From a virus: a DNA stretch of 64,000 nucleotides. A model generated the notes under the pieces. That model was not told the DNA's origin, made no database searches, and saw only the letters and a list, made by a program, of their open reading frames with translations. The position numbers and the translations under genes were made by a program. The stretch lies in IMG/VR virus record IMGVR_UViG_3300020166_000010, one strand, 5' to 3'. Positions 39,318 through 48,359 of this stretch are shown piece by piece. Numbering within the stretch: position 1 is the first letter of the stretch; every line of letters starts with the position of its first letter.

Positions 39318-39908
39318 ATGATAAATAGTATAATGAATAGTATTACTAAGAAAATAGTTAGAGATTACATATATTTTAGAGAAACATTAGATGACGTAAA
39401 ATCTATTTCTAGTGATGCAGAAGGTGAATTCAGAGATGCGATGCACGATCATAATGAAGTTGCACTAACGGCTCTCACTCCGCCGGAAGGAGCACCTCCT
39501 ATTAAAAAAATTGATGAAGAACCTGTTGTAAAATTCGAAGACAGGCTCTTTAAAAAGCTTTTTAGAAAGATAGCAGTATTATGCCATCCAGATAAATTAG
39601 ATGATTCTTATTCTGAAAGAGAAGCTGTATTTTTAAAAAAATGTTATGAAGATCTCAATACTTCTAATCAAACTTATGATTGGGGATTATTGTTGAAGGT
39701 TGCCATGGAACTGGATGTTGAAATTCCGGAATTAAGCGATGAGCAATTTACTAATATTAATAATAATATAGAATCTATTAAAAAAACTATTAGTCAGTTT
39801 GAAGGATCTATGGCCTATAAATGGTATACCCTCTCCGACGCTGACGCCAAGAAAGGGTATTTAGAAAGCTGTGCTTCTATATTTATGAATAGTTTAAATA
39901 ATCGTTAA
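39318..39908 (+). CDS. J-domain-containing protein
   Basis: KKLFRKIAVLCHPDK J-domain core inside a coiled-coil protein. Confidence 0.7.
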   Translation: MINSIMNSITKKIVRDYIYFRETLDDVKSISSDAEGEFRDAMHDHNEVALTALTPPEGAPPIKKIDEEPVVKFEDRLFKKLFRKIAVLCHPDKLDDSYSEREAVFLKKCYEDLNTSNQTYDWGLLLKVAMELDVEIPELSDEQFTNINNNIESIKKTISQFEGSMAYKWYTLSDADAKKGYLESCASIFMNSLNNR

Positions 39909-40687
39909 ACGTCCCACTTGTCCGTTAGATGGCATCTTACATAAACCGGTGCTTGATATGCAATACCATTAGGATATTCTGATTGTAGTCTCGTATAAAA
40001 GTCTACATCTTCTGATGTGTCTTTAGATATAACATCCCTCCATTTTGTTGATAGATTAGTTTTGTGCATAAATAACCAAGGTGCCATTATCTGTCTGTTT
40101 GGTTTTACTTGAACTGGCTTCCATGCATCTGATAAACCTTCTATCTGAATTGCAGGCGTTTCGGAAGGATCTACTATAGCATTTCCATTAGCTAGCTCAG
40201 TTGAAACGGACTCATGGTCAAACCATGAAGTATTTATCCACCAATCTTTTTCTGGGTTTGCGTTAAAATATAAAAGAGATGTCATTGTCGCGTTTGGCAT
40301 TAAAAAATCATCTGAATCCATATACATTACAACGTGACCTGTTGCTGCAGCAGCGCCTAATCTTCTACCGAATCCTCTATAATATCTTCCTTTATCTTCT
40401 ATTTCCTCGTACATTTGAGGAGTATCTGTTCTATCGAAATATATTAGTTTTATATTTGGCGTGTTCTTGTGTGATCTATTATATAGTTGATGCGTTTTAT
40501 TACATCCATCTGCAACTATAATAAGTTCGCAATTTTTATATGTTTGGTTTTGAAAACTTTCGACTGCCCTGTGAAATTTACCGATAGGATCCTTTCTTGA
40601 ATTTTCGTAGTTTTCTAGGTTTACTTGCATCACTATAGATATTTTTATCTTGTTTAGTGATTCGAATATTTCTTTAAAGTTGCTCAT
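39905..40687 (-). CDS. GT2-family glycosyltransferase
   Basis: S..NQTY..ELIIVADG, YMDSDD and ED motifs. Confidence 0.85.
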   Translation of the reverse strand: MSNFKEIFESLNKIKISIVMQVNLENYENSRKDPIGKFHRAVESFQNQTYKNCELIIVADGCNKTHQLYNRSHKNTPNIKLIYFDRTDTPQMYEEIEDKGRYYRGFGRRLGAAAATGHVVMYMDSDDFLMPNATMTSLLYFNANPEKDWWINTSWFDHESVSTELANGNAIVDPSETPAIQIEGLSDAWKPVQVKPNRQIMAPWLFMHKTNLSTKWRDVISKDTSEDVDFYTRLQSEYPNGIAYQAPVYVRCHLTDKWDV

Positions 40688-41883
40688 TATTTATATAGGT
40701 TTGTTTTCCAATTGTATTCATGAGATAATTCATGTGTTCCTGGTTTAAATAAATTATCTATTAACTTTTTATATGTATCTACGACATCTGCGTTGGTTGA
40801 CAAATAACGGTCTAATACTTTTTTACTGTTTTTATTATATTGATCTAAATTTTTGTCATGCTCTTCTAGCGCTAATTTTAGCTGTTCTGCGCCTTGTGAT
40901 ATATTAAATCCTTCGTAATAATAGCCTGCATCTTTTATCATGTCTGCGTTGTGCACTATAGGGTACCCGAAATAAAGTGCGTCTAAGTATGCATAATTTA
41001 ATGGGTTTTCCCATTGGTGTGATAAGACTATATCTGTTTCACTTGCTAAGAACGTAGATACTGGGTACCTTCCAACATACTTTATTTTATTATCTGGAGA
41101 ATTAACTATATCGAAATTCTTGATCATCGCTAAATAGTATTTATTCTTTAGTAATTTTTTACCAGATCCTATGTATATTTGTTTAAATGAATTTTTACCA
41201 GATTCTCTAAAAACTCTTTCAGCGATCATGATTGTCATTAATGAATATTTAACGACATTTATATTTGGTTCCATTACAGATAGCTTTTTATCTTTAGCAT
41301 CCTTTGGAGTATATCCCGGAATCAATTTGCCGGCACGTTTTAGTAATTTATTAAATTCGTCAAGCGGCTCAGGGTCCCATATGAAAGGAACTGTTTTTAT
41401 CTGAGAATCCTCTTGTCTGTATATTGTTTTAAAGTATTCTATGTTTTGATATTCCTGTTGAGGTATTACCCAGGTTTCGTCGTGACCTCCGTCCCATGAA
41501 GGAACTGTTGAATCTGTAACCGTGTTAAACATTACTCTTTCCATATCGACTACGTAACTATTCCCACATTGGTATTTTACTACTTTTAAATTTGGATTTT
41601 TGCTTTTCATTAAAGATATCCTACTTGTAGGCAAAGAAGCACCTACCATAAACAATAAGTCTATCTCATTTTCCATCTCTGTAAATTTTGCGATTTTATA
41701 TTTATTATAATCCCAGTTTACTTTAGTTAAATCAGAAACATTCTTAGCTGCGTCTAAAATATAAACGTCAAGTCCTTCTATTTGGTTTAACATTTTAGAT
41801 AGGTTCAATGCATTTAATTTAATGCCGTTGATCCACATGCTTTCATATTCCTTTGTTAGAGATATTATAATTCCTACTTTCAT
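40687..41883 (-). CDS. DUF2827-family protein (probable GT-B glycosyltransferase)
   Basis: W.NGI..N, EPN.NVVK and SHQWENPLNY.YLDALY.GYP.VHN motifs. Confidence 0.75.
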   Translation of the reverse strand: MKVGIIISLTKEYESMWINGIKLNALNLSKMLNQIEGLDVYILDAAKNVSDLTKVNWDYNKYKIAKFTEMENEIDLLFMVGASLPTSRISLMKSKNPNLKVVKYQCGNSYVVDMERVMFNTVTDSTVPSWDGGHDETWVIPQQEYQNIEYFKTIYRQEDSQIKTVPFIWDPEPLDEFNKLLKRAGKLIPGYTPKDAKDKKLSVMEPNINVVKYSLMTIMIAERVFRESGKNSFKQIYIGSGKKLLKNKYYLAMIKNFDIVNSPDNKIKYVGRYPVSTFLASETDIVLSHQWENPLNYAYLDALYFGYPIVHNADMIKDAGYYYEGFNISQGAEQLKLALEEHDKNLDQYNKNSKKVLDRYLSTNADVVDTYKKLIDNLFKPGTHELSHEYNWKTNLYK

Positions 41884-41924
41884 AAATTATACTTTATTTA
41901 TTATATCTATATATTAAAAAAAGA

Positions 41925-41948
41925 AAGGGTCCCCGTTAGAGGACCCTT
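41925..41948 (-). terminator. intrinsic terminator
   Basis: Minus strand reads AAGGGUCCUC-UAAC-GGGGACCCUU followed by a U-rich tail. Confidence 0.75.
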
Positions 41949-41986
41949 AATTTAAAAACTATGAATTAATACTTTCGTATTGTTTC

Positions 41987-43726
41987 TTAGAATTGGTAAA
42001 CGAATACTACTTCGTCTTGTGCATCAATTACATAACCTGGGTTAGCGATTGTAACCTGTGGTCCTGCAACTAATTCAACAAATACTCTGTGCCCGTTAAC
42101 GAATACATCTACTAAAGATGCTTGGTCTTCTTGTACAGGGTTTGCTAAATTGTAAACGAATCCAGCTCCAGCGAATGTTTCAGTAGCCATTTGATCATCT
42201 TCGATGATAGCAGCTTCTAATACATCTAATCTACCGTCTTGTGCAGCATCTTTGTTATCAACTCTTGTAAAGTCAGAGTTAGTAGCAGCGATTTCAGCAG
42301 CTAAAGCAGCTTCTAAAGCAGTGTCAGCGTTTTCACGTGCAGTTTGCTCAGCAGACATTTCAGCGTCATGCTTAGTTTCTAATGAAGTAAAGTCAGAGTT
42401 AGTAGCAGCGATTTCAGCAACTAAACCAGCTTCAACATCTGATACTCTCGTATCAATTGAAGTAAATTCAGCAGTGATTGCTCCTTCTAATGAAATAACA
42501 TCAGAATTAGTAGCAGCGATTTCAGCAGCTAAAGCAGAATCAATTCTAGTAACATCAGAGTTAGTAGCAGCGATTTCAGCAGCTAATTCTCCTTCAACTC
42601 TTGTAAAGTCAGAGTTAGTAGAAGCGATTTCAGCGTTTAAGTTAGAAATTACTACAGCTAAAGCGTCGTCATTTACAGTATCAACAGCGTTGATTAAAGA
42701 AACGATTTCAACGAATGTATCTTTATCAGCATCAGATGCTAATAAGATTGCGTCGATTCTTGCGTTTTCTGCGTCAATGTTAGACTGTAACGTTGCGTCA
42801 GCAGCAGCATAAGCAGCTTCAACTCTTACGAAGTCAGAGTTAGTAGATGCAATTTCTGCAGCTAATTCTCCTTCAACTCTTGTAAAGTCAGAGTTAGTAG
42901 AAGCGATTTCAGCAGCTAAAGCAGAATCAATTCTAGTAACATCAGAGTTAGTAGCAACGATTTCAGCGTCTAATTCAACTCTTAAGTCAGATACTTCATC
43001 AACTAAATCTCCAGATACTTCTCCTAATCTTAAGTCAATAGAAGTAACATCAGAATTAGTAGATGCGATTTCATTTTCTAACGCAAGTTGTAAAGCAGCG
43101 TCGCCGTTTGCACGTGCAGTTTGCTCTGCAGACATTTCAGCGTCATGCTTAGCCTCTAAAGAAGTAAAGTCAGAATTAGTAGCTGCAATCTCTGCAGATA
43201 ATTCTCCCTCAACTCTTGTAAAGTCAGAGTTAGTAGCAGCGATCTCTTGAGAGATTGCTAAGTTAATGCTTGTGAAATCTGCGTTAGTTGCAGCGATCTC
43301 ATTGTTTAAGTCAACGATTACCGCTCCTAAAGCGTTATCATTTTCTAAATCAACAGCATTAATTAAAGAAACAACCTCAACGAATGTATCTTTATCAGCA
43401 TCAGCTGCTAATAAGATTGCGTCGATTCTTGCGTTTTCTGCATCAATGTTAGATTGTAACGTTGATTCAACACCTTCAGCTCTTAATTGCTCAGTAGATA
43501 AATCTCCCTCTAATCTAGAAACATCTGCGTTTGTTGCTGATACTTCACCAGCTAAAGCAACTTCTAAAGAGTCAATTGAAGCGTCTAATTCAGTTTGAGC
43601 TGCAGTGATCTCATCACCAACATACTTTGCGATGTCAGATGTGTTTGCAATCTCAAAAGAAGAAGTAGCTGCCCAGTTTACCGTGCTTAAGAAATCCTTA
43701 ATTTGTTTTGAACGAATTTGTGCCAT
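41987..43726 (-). CDS. long acidic coiled-coil fibre (fibritin-like)
   Basis: Many EIA(A/S)TNSD repeats, often at 18-aa spacing; KQI N-terminal motif; C-terminal VFVNG beta domain. Confidence 0.8.
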   Translation of the reverse strand: MAQIRSKQIKDFLSTVNWAATSSFEIANTSDIAKYVGDEITAAQTELDASIDSLEVALAGEVSATNADVSRLEGDLSTEQLRAEGVESTLQSNIDAENARIDAILLAADADKDTFVEVVSLINAVDLENDNALGAVIVDLNNEIAATNADFTSINLAISQEIAATNSDFTRVEGELSAEIAATNSDFTSLEAKHDAEMSAEQTARANGDAALQLALENEIASTNSDVTSIDLRLGEVSGDLVDEVSDLRVELDAEIVATNSDVTRIDSALAAEIASTNSDFTRVEGELAAEIASTNSDFVRVEAAYAAADATLQSNIDAENARIDAILLASDADKDTFVEIVSLINAVDTVNDDALAVVISNLNAEIASTNSDFTRVEGELAAEIAATNSDVTRIDSALAAEIAATNSDVISLEGAITAEFTSIDTRVSDVEAGLVAEIAATNSDFTSLETKHDAEMSAEQTARENADTALEAALAAEIAATNSDFTRVDNKDAAQDGRLDVLEAAIIEDDQMATETFAGAGFVYNLANPVQEDQASLVDVFVNGHRVFVELVAGPQVTIANPGYVIDAQDEVVFVYQF

Positions 43727-43911
43727 ATTATTTTATTTATTATATTTTGGCCTAACAACATTATTGTCGTTAGTGAATTATATATTCCAGATAAGTTGTG
43801 TCGATTGTCATATTTGGACGTAATATGTTAATAGAATTCAAAAAATTGGGTTTTTCCCATTTTCCCTATTAAAGATGTAGTATACTCGTGCGCGGGTGTA
43901 TTAGGATATTA

Positions 43912-45144
43912 TTACCTTAGATCGTCTGATTTTGCCTCGTATATTAAATTGATTTCGTCTCCGATCTCTAATTCATACCCTGCAATATCGCTATTCCAGT
44001 ATAATTGATCCCCTGATCTAATCTCTTCAACACTCGCAGCCGTTGATCCGTTATTACCTGAAAAGTATGCATCTTTATCTTTAGTTCCATCGCCAACTTC
44101 AACACTAAGTCCGTTTACTTCAACCATAACATAAGAATCTTGATATGGTGAATGTGTTATTAATATTCCTGTTGCAGAATGATTTCCTACAGATGCTGAT
44201 GGATTTATATTTTTATCAACGTATGTTAAGATACCGTCTGGTAATACCGAAGCTGACGTAATTCCATGCGCATCCATGCTATACGATACTGATTGACCTA
44301 CTTGCCACGTGGTTTGAGTTACCCCGGGACCGGTTGAAACCGTTTCCAATGATACGTTTACTTTTATTCCATCTAAGTTATCTGCGTCTCCGCCGCCTAC
44401 ATTAAGATCTAATCTCTCCCATGAGTCTACTCGATAGATTGCATACATATTAGTTTCTGCAATATCATTTATAGTAATGATACCATTAATATTATCACCT
44501 GATATTCTTTTAGTTAAAAAGTTTTCTAATCCAGATATTCTTATTCCATTTTTATCTAGATTTCTAAATATAATAAAATCTACTAGAGCCGGGTCAGCTG
44601 AACTCATAGATACCATTCCACGATCTGACGGATCTGATCCATCAATATGTTCTACTTGGAATTCTGCCTCAATTGGACCTCTTTCTATGATTGTAGTAGT
44701 TCCTCCGCCTGTTTCGCCAGATGGATCTCCATTATCTATATTTGGATTATTAATAACATCTCCAATTAAAAGCCTTGGGAATACGTAGTTTTTAGGTTGT
44801 GGATAATAGTTTTCGTAATATACGCTTACTTGTGCATATAGCCTACCAGCTGACAAGTGAGTTGAGTTAGTTTCGTTAATATTAAAACTAATTTTACCTG
44901 TGTTGTCTACTAGGTCAACGTCTAAGTCAACAGAAACTCCTGAAACAGAAGGTCTTGAGAATTGCAAAACTTTTTTATCTTCAACATAAACCGCAACATT
45001 GAATGATGTTGGTTGATTTAAATTTAATACAGAGCCTATAAAATCTTTGTATAATATGATATCGTATGTTTGCGAATTTCCTTGAATGAAGTTTGATTCT
45101 CCATCAATAAATGCTATTATATCGTCCTTTGCTACGTAAGCCAT
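43912..45144 (-). CDS. virion structural protein
   Basis: Beta-rich; C-terminal domain paralogous to 38430-39194. Confidence 0.65.
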   Translation of the reverse strand: MAYVAKDDIIAFIDGESNFIQGNSQTYDIILYKDFIGSVLNLNQPTSFNVAVYVEDKKVLQFSRPSVSGVSVDLDVDLVDNTGKISFNINETNSTHLSAGRLYAQVSVYYENYYPQPKNYVFPRLLIGDVINNPNIDNGDPSGETGGGTTTIIERGPIEAEFQVEHIDGSDPSDRGMVSMSSADPALVDFIIFRNLDKNGIRISGLENFLTKRISGDNINGIITINDIAETNMYAIYRVDSWERLDLNVGGGDADNLDGIKVNVSLETVSTGPGVTQTTWQVGQSVSYSMDAHGITSASVLPDGILTYVDKNINPSASVGNHSATGILITHSPYQDSYVMVEVNGLSVEVGDGTKDKDAYFSGNNGSTAASVEEIRSGDQLYWNSDIAGYELEIGDEINLIYEAKSDDLR

Positions 45145-45186
45145 TTTTATTAAGTATTTTTTATATATATTCTTTTAAATTTAACC

Positions 45187-45873
45187 TTATTTTGTTAATT
45201 TATTATAAAGTGAATATCGTAGAACTGGTAATATACATCCTTCTAAATCTTCTTTTAACTTATGGTCTACTCTCCAAAACCTACTATCATCTGATTTTAA
45301 TTTTGAATTAGTAACATAGTCTACCATTTCTGGAATTCCAGATAATTCAATATCTACATTTTTTAATTGCATATCCTTCCACTCCCCTACTAATCTATAA
45401 GGATTATTATAAGAATAAGTTAATATATTATTATGGTTTTTGTTTATTAAAAAAACTATTCCTTTTGTTTTAGTAGGCATTTTATGAGGAATCTCGGTGA
45501 TTATCATTTTTGACATGATTGCTCTCCACTTAACTCTAACCATTCTGAATAATGCTTCGAATTCTTCTATTGCAATTTCTACTAAATTATATATATGAAA
45601 TATTTCGTCTTGAGAATCTGGGTATTCATAATCTAGGGACATTGTGTCTAGATTAATACCAGTAAGAACCTTTAATCTATCATCTATTTCACTCTTTTGG
45701 TTCTTGAGTTTATATAAGTCTTCTAACTGATATTCAACCTCAATAAGTGCCTCATAGATAAATCCGGCTTTGATCATAGATTTTATCTTTTGAGTTGCCC
45801 CTAAAAGTTTATATCTTTTTAATTCAAAGTCGAAAGGTAAATCTGTAAGCCAATTCTTTTCTAATACGTTCAT
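45187..45873 (-). CDS. hypothetical protein
   Basis: 228-aa ORF (W..LPFDFELKRYKLL). Confidence 0.7.
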   Translation of the reverse strand: MNVLEKNWLTDLPFDFELKRYKLLGATQKIKSMIKAGFIYEALIEVEYQLEDLYKLKNQKSEIDDRLKVLTGINLDTMSLDYEYPDSQDEIFHIYNLVEIAIEEFEALFRMVRVKWRAIMSKMIITEIPHKMPTKTKGIVFLINKNHNNILTYSYNNPYRLVGEWKDMQLKNVDIELSGIPEMVDYVTNSKLKSDDSRFWRVDHKLKEDLEGCILPVLRYSLYNKLTK

Positions 45874-45924
45874 GAATATATTTATTCATATTTTTCCTGC
45901 ATATTAGTAAAAATTAAACTTATA

Positions 45925-46239
45925 TTATAAAGTTTTTTTGTTTTTATTTTCTTCTTTAGTATTACTCTGTTTATTTAAACTAGTATTACTAAGGGTAAGT
46001 CCCCATTGTAGAATAAACCATTGAGCTTCTTTGATCGCCATAGATTTATTTATTTTTAAAACTTTTCTAATTCTATCAACACAGTGTTCGATGAATGCTT
46101 CTTCTTCTGCCTTGGTTGTCTTGTATTCCATGTACCATTGTGGATTATTTTTAACATCCTCATATGTTACATTGTGTGGCTTTAGCTGCTCGTTAATTAA
46201 TTCAACGAAAAGCTCTTTTGTTTTTTCTCGCTTTGTCAT
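45925..46239 (-). CDS. hypothetical protein
   Basis: ORF in operon. Confidence 0.65.
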   Translation of the reverse strand: MTKREKTKELFVELINEQLKPHNVTYEDVKNNPQWYMEYKTTKAEEEAFIEHCVDRIRKVLKINKSMAIKEAQWFILQWGLTLSNTSLNKQSNTKEENKNKKTL

Positions 46240-46264
46240 ATTACTTTATTATTTTATTAATATA

Positions 46265-46459
46265 TTATAATGATATAAGAGTAGCAAAAGTATCTCTATC
46301 ACTGAGTCCTATAAAGTCGTCAATTAATAGAGATACCATTACTGAATCATTCATTGGGTTGAAAGATATTTCAATAGGTTCAATTAGATTATTATAATCT
46401 TTTAATATACTATTAAGATATTCTAATTTTTCTTGTCTAACGTAAAAATATACTTTCAT
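46265..46459 (-). CDS. hypothetical protein
   Basis: ORF in operon. Confidence 0.55.
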   Translation of the reverse strand: MKVYFYVRQEKLEYLNSILKDYNNLIEPIEISFNPMNDSVMVSLLIDDFIGLSDRDTFATLISL

Positions 46460-46476
46460 AATCCTATATTATTATA

Positions 46477-47145
46477 TTATCTTTTTTTAATAATTTCATC
46501 AATGATTCCGTACTTCTTAGCTTCAGCAGCGCTCAACCAAAAATCTCTAGTAGCGTCTTTCATTACTACCTCTGGCTTTTTACCACAGTATTCTCCTAAT
46601 AAAACAAACAATTCTTTGTTTACATCTTGCCAATTTTTCCAATCAATTTCAGCATCCTGTATATTTCCACTGAAACCCCCAGAAGACTGGTGTAACATTG
46701 TTGTAGAGTGCTTTAGTGACATTCTCTTACCTTTAGTTCCTGCTCCTAATAATACTGAACCCATTGATGCGGCCATTCCTGTGTTGATCGTACGTATATC
46801 ACACTTAATATAATCCATAACATCTACCATAGAAAGTCCTGATTTAACAGAACCTCCTGGAGAATCAATGTGCATTGTAATATCTCCTTCTGATGTCGTA
46901 TCTAAAAACATCAATTGAGCCTGTACTATCGTAGACATATTGTCATTAACAGGACCTGCAACCCATAACAATCTATCAGCCATCAATCTAGAAAAGATAT
47001 CCATTTGAGTAACTCTCATTTCTCTTTCTTCTAAAATATAGGGAGTCATTGAATTTTCGATCTGCTTTTCGTAGTAGTTCATGTTTGAAGAACTAACACT
47101 GTGATCGCTCATTGCGTATTTTTTAAACTCGTTACTGTAATTCAT
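46477..47145 (-). CDS. clpP: ATP-dependent Clp protease proteolytic subunit
   Basis: TPYILEER..DIFSRL, SPGGSV, AASMG, HQ and RDFW motifs; Bacteroidota-type propeptide. Confidence 0.95.
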   Translation of the reverse strand: MNYSNEFKKYAMSDHSVSSSNMNYYEKQIENSMTPYILEEREMRVTQMDIFSRLMADRLLWVAGPVNDNMSTIVQAQLMFLDTTSEGDITMHIDSPGGSVKSGLSMVDVMDYIKCDIRTINTGMAASMGSVLLGAGTKGKRMSLKHSTTMLHQSSGGFSGNIQDAEIDWKNWQDVNKELFVLLGEYCGKKPEVVMKDATRDFWLSAAEAKKYGIIDEIIKKR

Positions 47146-47443
47146 ATTCTTTAATTAAGTTTGTTACTTTTTCACAGGTCTCATATTCTTCCTGTTCTTT
47201 ATAATATTGCAATGACATTAATAATGATTTTTTGTAGCCTCCTTTTTCTAACTTAGCCTCCATGGTAGTTCCATCAGAATCTACAAAATAGCATAAAATA
47301 TTTATTTCATAATTACTTTTCATATTAAAATCTATAAAGTCTATCATTCTTTTATAGAATGCGTCAGTATCTATTACTGGACCGTGCTTAGATTCTAAGA
47401 AGCCATTATCATGTATATCAAAGTGTGGTATTTCTCCAATCAT
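47132..47443 (-). CDS. small protein with C-terminal UVR-like motif (EEYETC)
   Basis: YYKEQEEYETCEKV; overlaps the clpP start. Confidence 0.7.
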   Translation of the reverse strand: MIGEIPHFDIHDNGFLESKHGPVIDTDAFYKRMIDFIDFNMKSNYEINILCYFVDSDGTTMEAKLEKGGYKKSLLMSLQYYKEQEEYETCEKVTNLIKEYELQ

Positions 47444-47447
47444 TATA

Positions 47448-48302
47448 TTATGTTAATCTAATATTAAGATATTCTCTTAATATGTTACTATATGTTATTT
47501 GCTTGCTTTCAGTTGAAACAGCATCATTAATATCTTGCATGAAATTAATACCATACTCTGTTAATATCATATCATCTTTTGTTAGATTAAACAAAGGATT
47601 TTCAATGTTCATTGTATAGTTTTTACCTTGCTCATCGCTTTCTGAAATAATCTTAGAAGACATATCAAAATGTCTTTCATAAAAATGAATATTATCTGCG
47701 CAATGGTAGTATGTTCCTAACTCTAATTCTGGGTAAGTTTCTAACAACCATAATCTCATGTGTTGGTGTATGAAACTAAAGTAAGGTGCGTCAAATGTTA
47801 ATCCATAAAATATATCATTGGATCTCATTTGAACTTTCATATTCAATTTATTGTCTCTAATAAAAAAGTTGAGGTACATTGTACATACAAAATCTTTATT
47901 ACCTTCAAATTGAAATTTAGGTTGGTTTAAAAATGATATTGCTTGTCTTGTATTCTTGTCTGATTTTAAAGAATCTAGTGCCCATTGTAGTTGACCACCT
48001 AAAAGTAAATAACCATAATTAGAATTAATCTCGTTAGAATTTGGATTAGTTAAAGTCGACCACATTCCTGAGAATTGACCAATATAATCTACATCGCGAT
48101 CTCTATTAAGATACCAACATAGTTCTCCACCAAAATATTTCCAGTTAAAAGATCTACTATCAAAATGTGCAATTGTTTTAGTAGGATCGAATTCTAAAGT
48201 TTGGACAGTACGTTCTTTTACCTTCATATCTCGAGGTTGCGAAACGCTACCATTGTTTTCAATGTCTAAAATTAATTCTTTAAATTTATTGTTAAATGTC
48301 AT
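47448..48302 (-). CDS. thymidylate-synthase-fold enzyme, dCMP hydroxymethylase (T4 gp42)-like
   Basis: EINSNYG, DFVCT and MRSNDIFYGLTFD, with Asp where ThyA has the dUMP-specifying Asn. Confidence 0.75.
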   Translation of the reverse strand: MTFNNKFKELILDIENNGSVSQPRDMKVKERTVQTLEFDPTKTIAHFDSRSFNWKYFGGELCWYLNRDRDVDYIGQFSGMWSTLTNPNSNEINSNYGYLLLGGQLQWALDSLKSDKNTRQAISFLNQPKFQFEGNKDFVCTMYLNFFIRDNKLNMKVQMRSNDIFYGLTFDAPYFSFIHQHMRLWLLETYPELELGTYYHCADNIHFYERHFDMSSKIISESDEQGKNYTMNIENPLFNLTKDDMILTEYGINFMQDINDAVSTESKQITYSNILREYLNIRLT

Positions 48303-48332
48303 ATATTATATTATTAAAATATCTTACTAATA

Positions 48333-48359
48333 TTATACTACTATTTTAGAGAAAGTTTA
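48333..48359 (-). promoter_or_regulatory. putative middle promoter TAAAC-N17-TATAA
   Basis: Motif upstream of the TS-fold gene. Confidence 0.6.

Noticed and set aside
42204-43598. Plus-strand ORFs antisense to the coiled-coil fibre
   Set aside because: They are antisense shadows of a repetitive Ala/Ser/Thr-rich gene.
47448-48302. Calling this gene thyA
   Set aside because: The specificity residue is Asp rather than Asn and the motifs are closer to T4 gp42, so the gene symbol is withheld.
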